A stretch of DNA of 64,000 nucleotides from an uncultured bacterium (GCA_963717435.1 OY970332.1:1089903-1153902); one strand, 5' to 3'. Numbered from the stretch's first letter, positions 26,556 to 35,994 are shown. Program-made: numbers and translations. Notes: generated from the sequence alone by a model not told the origin.

Positions 26556-27770
26556 ATGAATACTATTAGTATTAAATCTAAATTAAAAGATTTTAATCTT
26601 GAAAATAAAACTGTTTTTTTGAGAGCCGATCTTAATGTCACTATTATAAAAAACCCAGATGGCTCAAGAAAAATATTTAGTGATTATAAAATTCAGGCAA
26701 TAAGACCAACTATAGACTTAATACTCTCAAAAAAAGGCCGAATAGTTTTGGCGACCCATATGGGCAGGCCCAAAAAACAGGAACCTGAATATTCTACTCA
26801 AATCATTTCTGAATATTTGGCACAGCTTGGTTATAAAATAGGCTTTGAAAATTTTAAAAATAGTCTTGATAAAAATATAATCTCAAAAAAACTCGAATCT
26901 GTAGATATAGTATTACTTGAAAATCTCAGATTCTGGCCCGAAGAAACATCTAATACTATAGACAGCAAAGAATTTGCAAAAAAATTATATAACTTGGCAG
27001 AATTTTATGTTAACGACGCATTTGGGGCGTTGCACAGGGAAAACAGCTCGGTGACGCAGCTTGCACAAATTTACCCAGAAAATAGAAAAACTATTGGGTT
27101 ATTAGTAGAAAAAGAGTTAAGGGAGCTTACAAAACTTAAAGATAACCCTGCAAGGCCGCTAACGCTTATTTTGGGTGGCGGAAAAGTCAAAGACAAGCTT
27201 GTGCTAATAGAGAGCTTGATAGAAAAAATAGACACGGTAATTTTATGTCCTGCGCTGGTCTTTACTATTTTAAGGTCCCAGGGATTTGAAGTTGGCTCCT
27301 CTCTTGTTGAACCCAACTTATTAGATTATTCAAAAAAGCTCTTAAATATCGCAAAGAATAAGAATCTAAAATTAGTTTTTCCTGAAGATTATTTAGTGGG
27401 AACCGGAACGGTTAATAAATTTGAAAAGTTACAATATAAAAATATATCAAGTTTTAATAGCTCAGATTTCGGTATATCTATAGGTCCAAAATCTGTAGAT
27501 ATTTTTAAAGATCTAATAAATAACTCTAAAACTATATTTTTTAACTGCGCCATGGGATTCTTTGATAAACCTGAGACTCTAGAATCTACGCAAAAACTTC
27601 TTAATATAATCGGCCAATCTAAAACTTATAGTATTGTCGGTGGTGGGGATTCTGTTGCAGCAGTGCAATATTTTGGACTTGAAAAGAATATAGATTTCTT
27701 ATCAACAGGCGGCGGTGCGACTTTGGAATTTTTGGCAGGAAAAGATTTACCCGGTTTAAAATATTTATAA
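26556..27770 (+). CDS. pgk: Phosphoglycerate kinase
   Basis: 404 aa with RADLNV, ATHMGRPK, VGGGDSVAAV and STGGGATLEFLAGKDLPG motifs. Confidence 0.9.
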   Translation: MNTISIKSKLKDFNLENKTVFLRADLNVTIIKNPDGSRKIFSDYKIQAIRPTIDLILSKKGRIVLATHMGRPKKQEPEYSTQIISEYLAQLGYKIGFENFKNSLDKNIISKKLESVDIVLLENLRFWPEETSNTIDSKEFAKKLYNLAEFYVNDAFGALHRENSSVTQLAQIYPENRKTIGLLVEKELRELTKLKDNPARPLTLILGGGKVKDKLVLIESLIEKIDTVILCPALVFTILRSQGFEVGSSLVEPNLLDYSKKLLNIAKNKNLKLVFPEDYLVGTGTVNKFEKLQYKNISSFNSSDFGISIGPKSVDIFKDLINNSKTIFFNCAMGFFDKPETLESTQKLLNIIGQSKTYSIVGGGDSVAAVQYFGLEKNIDFLSTGGGATLEFLAGKDLPGLKYL

Positions 27771-27773
27771 AAA

Positions 27774-28313
27774 TTATCTTACAGGACAAAAACCTAAAAG
27801 ACACGCTCCACGACGAACATGATCTTGAAACTCTTTATCTGATTCAGAACCTGCCTCTGAGTGTTCCACAATTAATATCCCATGATTGTCATGTTTCATG
27901 TTCCAAGTATAATATTTGGGATTTTTTAGGCCAAGATACCCAGAAATCTCTTTAACAATTTCTGATTCGTTAGCGTTTGAGCTTTTTAAGCTGGGTCTTG
28001 AAATTCCGCGAACTATATTATTAAATTTTGCCTTGGCCATATAATCTGTAAAAACTTCTGGCTTGTTCCATATGTCAGCAAGTTGGGTGCAACGTTCATT
28101 TTTATTATAACCCGCAACGCCTTTAAAAGTATTAAAGTCTGGATTATCAACAAAATATGCCGCTTTTTCAAGGTTAAACACTGATTCGTTGGCAAGTTCA
28201 TGCAGAAGAAACTCTGACAAATTTTTTGCCCCATGGACCGATATCATTTTTTCTGGCAAACAACTCAAACATTCATAGATTGCGTGAGTGCGATTGCCGT
28301 TATTATTTTTCAT
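27774..28313 (-). CDS. Hypothetical protein
   Basis: 179-aa ORF with no signal peptide and no recognised family. Its 3' end lies 3 nt from the pgk stop (convergent). Confidence 0.5.
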   Translation of the reverse strand: MKNNNGNRTHAIYECLSCLPEKMISVHGAKNLSEFLLHELANESVFNLEKAAYFVDNPDFNTFKGVAGYNKNERCTQLADIWNKPEVFTDYMAKAKFNNIVRGISRPSLKSSNANESEIVKEISGYLGLKNPKYYTWNMKHDNHGILIVEHSEAGSESDKEFQDHVRRGACLLGFCPVR

Positions 28314-28500
28314 ACCACCTATCCTTTTTTTGGTATTATTTGGGTATTAATTTAAACAGCTTCTAGTAACATATTAGCAGACAAAAAAAATAAAAGGCAA
28401 TAAAGAATCTTTATTGCCGAAAAAACAGAAATAGTGGTAGGCTAATTTAAAAGTGATATTAAAAAAGGCGTAGTAAATCCAAAAAAAGAAAATTTAGACT

Positions 28501-29556
28501 ATGAAAATAAAATTCATAATACAAATTCTAGTTGTGCTATCTTTGATAAATTTGGAGATAATTTCAACTCGAAGTATTTTCAGACCCGATGATCCACTGA
28601 CACCAGAAATCACAACCCAATGGAAAGATGGCGGTAAAAAATATTACCTAAGACATACAAGGCTTTCATATGTGCCGTTATTTAAAAAATTTGATAGAGA
28701 TTTTTTTGATAGTCATATGTTACCAGATGGCAAAATCAACTTCAGAAGTGATCCTGATAAATCTGTAAATGGGTCAGAACTAAAAGAACTTTTTGAGGAA
28801 CTGCTTAAAGAGATTTATCAGCAAAAAACTGAATACACCAATTTTACTGTGCTGAAAAGACGGGACTTTAATATGAGCAACCAATCTGGAGTAATAATAT
28901 TAAAGTGCAAAAAATATCCCTTTGTTGTGAAGATTTTTATCGAAACTCCTGAAAGCTTTGTTCGCCCATTTTCAAAAGGGTTCGAACCCTCAGTATTTTT
29001 TATTATGGGTGGCGGCATAAACAGGTATTTGTCTGGATTTACGCGTATAAAAAATCTTGAGGTGATAAAGAAACAGATAGAAGAGGACCCAGTCTGGTCG
29101 AAAAAAATCGATGTCCCAAGAAAATGGTACTGGGCGCCGAAAAATAACAAATGGTTTACTTTAACTGGAAAAAATATTGGCCAACAAAAAACAACATCTA
29201 TAGAACTACCGTCAGTTTATGCGATAGTCAGTGATGCGATAACTGTTGACAAGGGATTCTCTATATTCAACAAACAAAATAGAAAAGATGTTATAGCGCT
29301 TTCTAAATTTTTAGGTAACAGAATAGACCCGCACATAGACAATTATTTACGCGAAAAAGATACCGGATTATTAGTTATTGTAGATAGTGAGCATTTTCCT
29401 ACAATGGTTGGACTTAAAAAACCACTCACATGTGACAGTTATGCAGGATGGTATTCAAAACTTGTCGTGAAATGTTCAAAAGATATGTTCGCACAGGACA
29501 AAAGAGCGAGAAGAGCCGCACAATTTAACGAAGAGCCCGAATACTTGGCAGTGTGA
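28501..29556 (+). CDS. Hypothetical exported protein (weak kinase-like motifs)
   Basis: 351 aa with a signal peptide (IIQILVVLSLINLEIIS). See the findings for the motif-level kinase-like pattern. Confidence 0.6.
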   Translation: MKIKFIIQILVVLSLINLEIISTRSIFRPDDPLTPEITTQWKDGGKKYYLRHTRLSYVPLFKKFDRDFFDSHMLPDGKINFRSDPDKSVNGSELKELFEELLKEIYQQKTEYTNFTVLKRRDFNMSNQSGVIILKCKKYPFVVKIFIETPESFVRPFSKGFEPSVFFIMGGGINRYLSGFTRIKNLEVIKKQIEEDPVWSKKIDVPRKWYWAPKNNKWFTLTGKNIGQQKTTSIELPSVYAIVSDAITVDKGFSIFNKQNRKDVIALSKFLGNRIDPHIDNYLREKDTGLLVIVDSEHFPTMVGLKKPLTCDSYAGWYSKLVVKCSKDMFAQDKRARRAAQFNEEPEYLAV

Positions 29557-29570
29557 TAGCTACCAGAAGA

Positions 29571-29695
29571 TTAATTTTTTATGGTTCGATACACCCGTCA
29601 CCTAATCCCGCGCTCGCCCTGAGTGTTTTTCGAACATAGTGAGAAAAATGTATCGAAGGGTGCCGGGCACTCACCACGAGCGGGTAAAAAATTAA
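29571..29695. repeat. GC-rich miniature inverted-repeat element (reference copy)
   Basis: 125 nt bounded by perfect 11-nt TIRs, TTAATTTTTTA...TAAAAAATTAA. The GC-rich core (cgatacacccgtcacc...cgcgctcgccctgagtgtttttcgaac...gtatcgaagggtgccgggc...gagcgggt) is ~96% identical by eye over ~100 nt to 45382-45481. Confidence 0.8.
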
Positions 29696-29710
29696 TTTTT
29701 TGATAATCTC

Positions 29711-31078
29711 TCAGACAAAAATTTCATGTTCGATACGCTCAAGCTCTGCGCCCCATGACGCATCGGTATCTTTGTAATAAGATATTTTTTCAAGAGCATG
29801 AATAACTGTAGAGTGATCTTTGCGACACCAAAAGGTCCCGATATCTTTAAGAGATTTATCTGTTAATTTTTTCATAAAATACATGGCCACATGTCGTGCC
29901 AAAGTTACATTCTTATTGCGACTTGAAGATCTAAGATCTTCTAAATTATATTGATAATATCTAGCAACTGTCTGCGCAATTCTTTGCAAATCAGCTGTTC
30001 CGGGTTTGGTCTCTTTTGGATTGGTTCCCAAAACTTTTTGGGCAAGTTTGAGACTTATAGATTCTGAAGTTAAAGAAGAATAGGCTATTAGTCGTATGAG
30101 CATCCCCTCAAGCTCTCTGACATTAGAAAAAACGCGCGATGCTATAAAATATGCAACGTCATCTTCTATTTTTACTTCCTGGAATTCGGCCTTCTTTTTC
30201 AAAATTGCAACTCTGGTTTCAAGTGGCGGCGCTTGTATATCAACAATCAAGCCACCTTCTAGTCGTGATCTTAATCTTCCAGCCAAGCCTATAATGTCTT
30301 CGGGCAAAGCGTCACTTGAAAATACAATCTGTTTTTTGGATTCTTGCAAACTATTAAATATATGAAAAAAAGCTTCTTGAGTTTGCTCTTTGTTTGATAA
30401 AAACTGTATATCATCAATAATAAGTGCGTCGACGTTTCTATATTTAGATTCAAAAAAATTTGTTTTATCAAATCTTATGGCATTAATAAATTCGTTAACA
30501 AATCTATCCGCAGTTTGATACAACACCTGTACGCTTTTATCTTTCAATTTTAAATCATGATAAACGGCTCTTAACAAATGCGTTTTTCCAAGACCCGATC
30601 CACCATAAATAAACAGTGGGTTATACAAAGTTCCTGGACCCTCAACCACTGCACGTGCAGCAGAGTAAGCAAGTTTATTATTGGGGCCAACTATGAAATT
30701 ATCAAAATTAAATTCTGTTGCAGATAAATTCTTGTTATTATGCAAAACGATTTTATTTGAGACTATTGGCCTTGCTGGAATTATCGATGGCTCTTGTGAA
30801 ATTTTTAGGTGATTTATATTAACCGACTCACCTTCAACAAATATTATAACTTTGACTTGCGACTCGTTAAGCAACCTGCTCAAATGGATTTGAAAAAGCT
30901 CCATATATTTTGACGTGAGCCAGTCTCTTACAAATGGATTAGGCGCGCAAAGATAGACCACCTTTGAATGGGCGTCCCAATGATTTAAAGAAACCGCTTT
31001 GAACCACGTTTCAACAACGTTGCTACCGCTTTCTTCCTTAACAATTTTTAAGAATTCTTGCCAAATAATTTGAAACAC
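29711..31078 (-). CDS. dnaA: Chromosomal replication initiator protein DnaA
   Basis: 455 aa with Walker A GGSGLGKTHL, Walker B LIIDDIQFL and a C-terminal DNA-binding domain (RHVAMYFMKKLT...KDHSTVIHA). Confidence 0.92.
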   Translation of the reverse strand: MFQIIWQEFLKIVKEESGSNVVETWFKAVSLNHWDAHSKVVYLCAPNPFVRDWLTSKYMELFQIHLSRLLNESQVKVIIFVEGESVNINHLKISQEPSIIPARPIVSNKIVLHNNKNLSATEFNFDNFIVGPNNKLAYSAARAVVEGPGTLYNPLFIYGGSGLGKTHLLRAVYHDLKLKDKSVQVLYQTADRFVNEFINAIRFDKTNFFESKYRNVDALIIDDIQFLSNKEQTQEAFFHIFNSLQESKKQIVFSSDALPEDIIGLAGRLRSRLEGGLIVDIQAPPLETRVAILKKKAEFQEVKIEDDVAYFIASRVFSNVRELEGMLIRLIAYSSLTSESISLKLAQKVLGTNPKETKPGTADLQRIAQTVARYYQYNLEDLRSSSRNKNVTLARHVAMYFMKKLTDKSLKDIGTFWCRKDHSTVIHALEKISYYKDTDASWGAELERIEHEIFV

Positions 31079-31309
31079 GGAACATCACTTAAACTAAATA
31101 ATTTTTTTTGATACAGATGAAATAGTACTGAAGTTGAAATCAAGAGTCAATAAAGTTGTAAAAAGCTTTTTTGTACAAGTTCGCAAGAAAAAAAAATTGG
31201 CTATAAATCTAGTAATTTATTTTTTTAATAAATACTTTGTAATTTTTTTATTTGTGTAGTTTTTAAAAATATATAATCAGGTTTTATTTTTTACTATTAC
31301 CAAGATTTT

Positions 31310-31900
31310 TTATTTTTTAAAAGAAGGTAATTTTATAGAGGAGATCATTAAAGACGAGATAATAACAACAAAGATAAATAACAACCCATTTCGGACATCG
31401 AGATTAAACATAACCAACGAGGCGATAAAAAAAGCAGCGGCGGTTGTGGGAAGACCAGTAAAACTATTTATGCACTCATCAGAACTCTTGCAGTTAAACC
31501 TAGCGAGCCTAAATAATCCCGCACATAAATAAAAAGCTAAAACAGCGGTTCCGACAAACCCTATTGTGCCCAAATGCCAACTATAAAGTAAAACTACTGG
31601 AGCCAAGCAAAACGAAACAGCGTCACATAAAGAATCCAGCTCCATCCCAAAATAGCTTGAAGAACCAAGTGCTCTTGCGAGCCTGCCATCAAAACTGTCC
31701 ATTAATATAGCAAGCAAAATATACCCTGCAGCAGAAAAGTAATCCCCCTCAAGCGCTCGCAATATAGAGACCAAACCAAAAACGGCGTTCATGTAGGTAA
31801 AAAAATATGGGATCAAAAATAAGCCACTTTTAGATTTAGAAAGTGATTTTGAAAGAAGTTTTCTGCTTTTAATATTTTTAAAAATAGTTAACATATCCAT
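31310..31900 (-). CDS. pssA: CDP-diacylglycerol--serine O-phosphatidyltransferase
   Basis: 196 aa with the CDP-alcohol phosphatidyltransferase motif DSFDGRLARALGSSSYFGMELDSLCD. It overlaps psd by 13 nt. Confidence 0.8.
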   Translation of the reverse strand: MDMLTIFKNIKSRKLLSKSLSKSKSGLFLIPYFFTYMNAVFGLVSILRALEGDYFSAAGYILLAILMDSFDGRLARALGSSSYFGMELDSLCDAVSFCLAPVVLLYSWHLGTIGFVGTAVLAFYLCAGLFRLARFNCKSSDECINSFTGLPTTAAAFFIASLVMFNLDVRNGLLFIFVVIISSLMISSIKLPSFKK

Positions 31901-32559
31901 CTCCCAAGTACAGTTTTTCCACCATAAACTCTCTGACCTGCAGACACATTAAATTCAAAATTATCTGGTACAAATATATCAACACGGGACCCAAATTTGA
32001 TCATGCCATATTTATCGCCCTGTTTAACTTCATCACCCTCTTTTGGCCAACAAACTATTACTCTTGCTATTGTGCCCGCAATCTGCCTTACCACCATTTT
32101 TCTATTGGGGTCGTTTATATCCTGAATCAAAATATCGTTACGCTCATTTAGGTCTGAACTTTTCTCAACAAACGCAAACATAAACTTGCCCGGCCAATAT
32201 TGCTTTTTTATAATTTTACCTGACATAGGCGCCCACTGAACATGGACATCAAGGGGGGAAAGAAAGACTGAGATTCTCTTTGAAAATTTTTGGTCATATA
32301 AATCTTGGCTTGATTTATCCAGATCTTTTATTGCCACCACTATCCCATCAGATGGGCAAATTGCAAGCTCGCTACTATTCGAGCCGTCCAGGTCTTGGTA
32401 TATTCTTTCGGGATTTCTGAAAAAATAAATAGAAAATAGCAGAAATATAAACCCCGCTAGACTTATGTAATAGCTTAAAAAAACACCCAAAAAAATTAGG
32501 GCAAGAGAAATATATAATATACTCTTGCCCTCTTTAAAAATCAGATTATTTGATAACAT
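31888..32559 (-). CDS. psd: Phosphatidylserine decarboxylase proenzyme
   Basis: 223 aa with an N-terminal TM and a C-terminal FGSRV cleavage-site-type motif. It is linked to pssA. Confidence 0.8.
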   Translation of the reverse strand: MLSNNLIFKEGKSILYISLALIFLGVFLSYYISLAGFIFLLFSIYFFRNPERIYQDLDGSNSSELAICPSDGIVVAIKDLDKSSQDLYDQKFSKRISVFLSPLDVHVQWAPMSGKIIKKQYWPGKFMFAFVEKSSDLNERNDILIQDINDPNRKMVVRQIAGTIARVIVCWPKEGDEVKQGDKYGMIKFGSRVDIFVPDNFEFNVSAGQRVYGGKTVLGRWIC

Positions 32560-32757
32560 AAATTATTCTATACTTAAAGCTTTAAAATAACATATATTAC
32601 CCATTCTAAAGCTTTTTATATTTTTTGAAAGAAAATAGTTAATAACAGCTGCAGGCAATTTATCAAAGTCGTTCTTTATTTTGCCTTTCCCCGCCCAAGC
32701 ACCTGCTTTGGCCCCCATTCAGGTATTTAAGGCCTGCGCGAGCTAAAATATATTGGG

Positions 32758-33480
32758 CTAATTTTCATTAAACTTGAGGTACCATATTAAAGAAGCGATT
32801 GCAGCAGAAACTATCAACGCAGTTTTTTTAGGATTTCTTTGCAAAATATTACCTTGTGGAAGCTGATCGGCCGGTATATTTAATTTGAAAGAATAAGAAT
32901 AATCTTCAAATCTATCTTTGATATTAGCAGGAAGGGTAGGTTCTGGGAATACACAAACAAACCCCGTTTTTTCATAAAATTTTATGGCCCCGATATTTGT
33001 ACGCTTTACAGTAAGTTGTATTTTGGGGACTTTCAATTTTGCAAGCTCTTGTATTGCATGATTTAATAGTTCTTTGCCGTATCCATTGCCTTGATGATCC
33101 TTGGCGACACCAATAAGATGTATCAGTCCGGTTCGAAAAATATGAAAGGTAAGAACATTAAAATCATAGGCTACGTAGTTAACGAAACCAACCACCTCGT
33201 CATCAACCTTGATTACATCAGTAATATATTTTGAGCTATCAAGATACTTTTCCGTTGTGCCTTTAGGAGAACCTAACGCTTCATAAGCTAAATAATGATA
33301 ATGCTCATCTAAAATTTTAATTACTGCTTCACGATGATTTAATCGATCATATCTTTCAATAGTTATAGTTGATTTAATCGATGGCAAAAAACCAATCAAT
33401 AAAAATAGATATATTATAGAATTTTTTATAGAAAACATAGACGGACCCCCAAATAGCATTTTGTATATTACTATATTCAA
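32758..33480 (-). CDS. GNAT-family N-acetyltransferase with N-terminal signal/anchor and C-terminal TM
   Basis: 240 aa with the acetyl-CoA motif IGVAKDHQGNGYGKELL and IKFYEKTGF. Hydrophobic segments lie at both ends (IIYLFLLIGFLPSI; ALIVSAAIASLIWYL). The start may be an internal Met. Confidence 0.7.
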   Translation of the reverse strand: MNIVIYKMLFGGPSMFSIKNSIIYLFLLIGFLPSIKSTITIERYDRLNHREAVIKILDEHYHYLAYEALGSPKGTTEKYLDSSKYITDVIKVDDEVVGFVNYVAYDFNVLTFHIFRTGLIHLIGVAKDHQGNGYGKELLNHAIQELAKLKVPKIQLTVKRTNIGAIKFYEKTGFVCVFPEPTLPANIKDRFEDYSYSFKLNIPADQLPQGNILQRNPKKTALIVSAAIASLIWYLKFNEN

Positions 33481-33730
33481 TTATGAGAGTCTTTATCGCG
33501 TTGTCAAGTGCGTGCCGCATTCAAAATTAATAATTCCCAGTTTCCAGATAGGCATATAGAATTCAAAAAGTATATTTTACTGTAAAATTTGTCTAAAATA
33601 TTATCATACAATCTAAAAAAATTAATGTGCCCCTACTACGCGCTTGCGCTACGAAGGGCGCGGATGTAGCTCTCACTTAAGAAGACTAAATTTAAGTTTG
33701 CTATATACTGTTAATTCAATAAAAATTAAT

Positions 33731-33807
33731 GTGCCTGTAGCTCAGTAGGATAGAGCAACGGATTCCTAATCTGTAGGTCGCAGGTTCAATTCCTGTCAGG
33801 CACACCA
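33731..33807 (+). tRNA. tRNA-Arg (anticodon CCT)
   Basis: Cloverleaf folded by hand: acceptor GTGCCTG/CAGGCAC, D-arm GCTC..GAGC, anticodon arm ACGGA-TTCCTAA-TCTGT, T-arm GCAGG-TTCAATT-CCTGT, with encoded CCA. Confidence 0.85.
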
Positions 33808-34028
33808 TCCTGCGCTAAAGCTCCGGATGGCGGGCCACCCTCTTTAAGCGTTTAAATTTAATATAATAAAAAATTTGATAGTAAAAAGCGCAGGATGCCC
33901 TCCGAAGTAAGCGAGCAAAGCGAGACACGCAGGACGGGCTACTTTGAAATTGTAAATTAATCCCCTGCGCCAAGGCTCCCGGCCGTCGCTCTTCGAGCTA
34001 TGGCGGACAAGCCGGACTAGCAGGCCAT

Positions 34029-34373
34029 CTATGATATCTTTTTGACAAACTCAGATTTCAAACCCATCTTCCCAAATCCATCGATTTTGCAATCAATATT
34101 ATGATCTTCATCGACCAACCGTATGTTTTTTACTTTTGTACCAGCTTTGATGACAGATGAACTCCCTTTTATTTTAAGATCTTTGATTAGCGCTACAGAA
34201 TCACCATCATTCAAGATATTTCCATGCGCATCTTTGACAATCTTTTTATCTTCAGCCTTGCCACTTTCTACTTCTCTGCTCCACTCATGATTACATTCTG
34301 GACAAATCAAAATCCCATCATTTTCATAAGTATACTCTGAACTACATTTTGGACAGTTTGGTAAATTAATCAT
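34029..34373 (-). CDS. yjdM: PhnA/YjdM-family zinc-ribbon protein
   Basis: 114 aa with an N-terminal CPKC...CPEC zinc ribbon. The C-terminal domain reads [17 protein letters not shown]...[33 protein letters not shown]. Confidence 0.85.
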   Translation of the reverse strand: MINLPNCPKCSSEYTYENDGILICPECNHEWSREVESGKAEDKKIVKDAHGNILNDGDSVALIKDLKIKGSSSVIKAGTKVKNIRLVDEDHNIDCKIDGFGKMGLKSEFVKKIS

Positions 34374-34461
34374 TATTTCATTTCTTCTAATAATTATTGT
34401 TAAGTCTATTGTTTATAAATCGCGAAAAATTATGATTTTATGATTTACGCGACTTCCTCCA

Positions 34462-34677
34462 TTATTCTTTTATCTTTTTCAGAGCAGATCCTTTATGCAT
34501 GGCCAAGTGGCCTGTTTTGGTACTTTCTATTAAATATTGTGGCTCTTCTTTTGAGGCGTGAACTGTATAACCCTTAAAACTAATTTCTGATGTAACTTTT
34601 TTCTTGATTTTACCCCGCACTATTCCTACTTCTGAGTTCCATTCCACAAGATCCCCTACCTTAAAATCTTTAGACAT
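34462..34677 (-). CDS. DUF2945-like small protein (start trimmed to Met21)
   Basis: MSKDFKVGDLVEWNSEVGIVRGKIKKKVT...KGYTVHASKEEPQYLIES..TGHLAMHKGSAL matches the DUF2945 pattern. Trimming removes the overlap with the upstream gene. Confidence 0.6.
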   Translation of the reverse strand: MSKDFKVGDLVEWNSEVGIVRGKIKKKVTSEISFKGYTVHASKEEPQYLIESTKTGHLAMHKGSALKKIKE

Positions 34678-34705
34678 TATTAATTCTCCAATTAAAATAT
34701 TTTTA

Positions 34706-35233
34706 TTATTCAGCTGGATAAGTGATATTCGTCCCATTTACAACGGCCCAAGGAGTAAGTTTATGCGGTTTTGCAGATGCAATGCTATAAATATCCTCAA
34801 CTTCTATTCCATGTGCAAGTAAAGCATCGCCAATTAATGATCGATGACATCTCCACGGAATGGCTTCAGCACACATAATGGCTACCACTTTTTCATGTGA
34901 AATTTTAATAAGTTCTTTTATACCATCTTTAAATTCTGTTGTTTGCATATAATCAGCATATCCCCGAAATGAACTATTTCGCCAAGCCATATTAATCGAA
35001 TTAATATTTGCATGACGCAAGCCACCCAAATCTTTTTCATGTCGATAGCCAATATGATGATTTCTCAAAGCATGCGCTAATTCTGGACCATTAAATTGTG
35101 GATTGTGGCGAGATTTTGGTATTGTGCGAATATCGACAACTTCAGTAATATTATAATGCTTAAGTATTTCTAAAAAATCTTCTATTGATCTAGTTGAATG
35201 ACCGATGGTAAATATACATAATCTTTTATTCAT
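34706..35233 (-). CDS. DUF488-family protein
   Basis: 175 aa with IFTIGHSTRSIEDF...VVDIRTIPKSR...CAEAIPWRCHRSLI, characteristic of DUF488. Confidence 0.7.
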   Translation of the reverse strand: MNKRLCIFTIGHSTRSIEDFLEILKHYNITEVVDIRTIPKSRHNPQFNGPELAHALRNHHIGYRHEKDLGGLRHANINSINMAWRNSSFRGYADYMQTTEFKDGIKELIKISHEKVVAIMCAEAIPWRCHRSLIGDALLAHGIEVEDIYSIASAKPHKLTPWAVVNGTNITYPAE

Positions 35234-35359
35234 ACAAAAAACCTATCATCTTTGTACCGAATACACTTGAAAACAGTCATATATTAATATGCACATAACA
35301 ACTAGTTTATTGCAAAGATTATGCCAATATGTATACAAACTTGCTGAAATAGTACTCAG

Positions 35360-35935
35360 TCACTTACTTTTTTGCAAACCAAAATGTTTAATAATAATCT
35401 CAGATGTTTCTTCGGGACTTAATTTATTAGTGTCTAAGCTCAAATAAGGCGTGGCGCCAAAAATTCCTTCTTTGGGCTCCATGTCCCATTCTCTCTCATT
35501 TTTTAATAAAATTTCTTTAGATAGCTCAATATCTCTTTTAGAATACTTATGATGCAATCTATGAGGAGTTTCGTTTCTTCTAAGTCTTTCTTCAAGAGTG
35601 GCTTGCAACTCAACTATATAAACATCAAAATGATTTTCCTTAAAAAGCTTGATCCATTCATTAAGTTGAGGAATTCCGGTTGGGCTATTATAGGCCGCAA
35701 CAAATGTAAAAATTATTCCATTTGATTTGTTATTTATTATTTCTTCAAAAATTCGCGTTCTAAATTCTCCAACGAGTGTTTTATAACTTGGACTGCCAAA
35801 ATCAAATAAAGGCAATAATGCGTCAATAATAAGATGATTATGAAAAACTTTTAAATCTAATTTTTTTGCCAGCTCATGACCAACGGTCATCTTGCCAACT
35901 GCTGGTGGGCCAAGAATAATAATAAATTTAGACAT
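35360..35935 (-). CDS. P-loop nucleoside/nucleotide-kinase-like ATPase
   Basis: 191 aa with Walker A ILGPPAVGKMTVG at the N-terminus and a small kinase-like size. The specific family is not resolved. Confidence 0.55.
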   Translation of the reverse strand: MSKFIIILGPPAVGKMTVGHELAKKLDLKVFHNHLIIDALLPLFDFGSPSYKTLVGEFRTRIFEEIINNKSNGIIFTFVAAYNSPTGIPQLNEWIKLFKENHFDVYIVELQATLEERLRRNETPHRLHHKYSKRDIELSKEILLKNEREWDMEPKEGIFGATPYLSLDTNKLSPEETSEIIIKHFGLQKSK

Positions 35936-35994
35936 TTAAATGGTACCTCTAAAGAAACTGGCGGCGCCAGGCGTAGCTACGAAGTAGCGAAGAC

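Noticed and set aside
31079-31309. oriC in the AT-rich spacer upstream of dnaA.
   Set aside because: I could not find a cluster of DnaA-box-like 9-mers by eye. AT-richness alone is not diagnostic in this genome. It is left as unresolved rather than annotated.
32563-32718. A 51-codon minus-strand ORF (MGAKAGAWAGKGKIKNDFDKLPAAV...) just upstream of psd.
   Set aside because: Its N-terminal third is translated from a GC-rich intergenic island of the repeat type. There is no RBS or family resemblance, so it is probably spurious.
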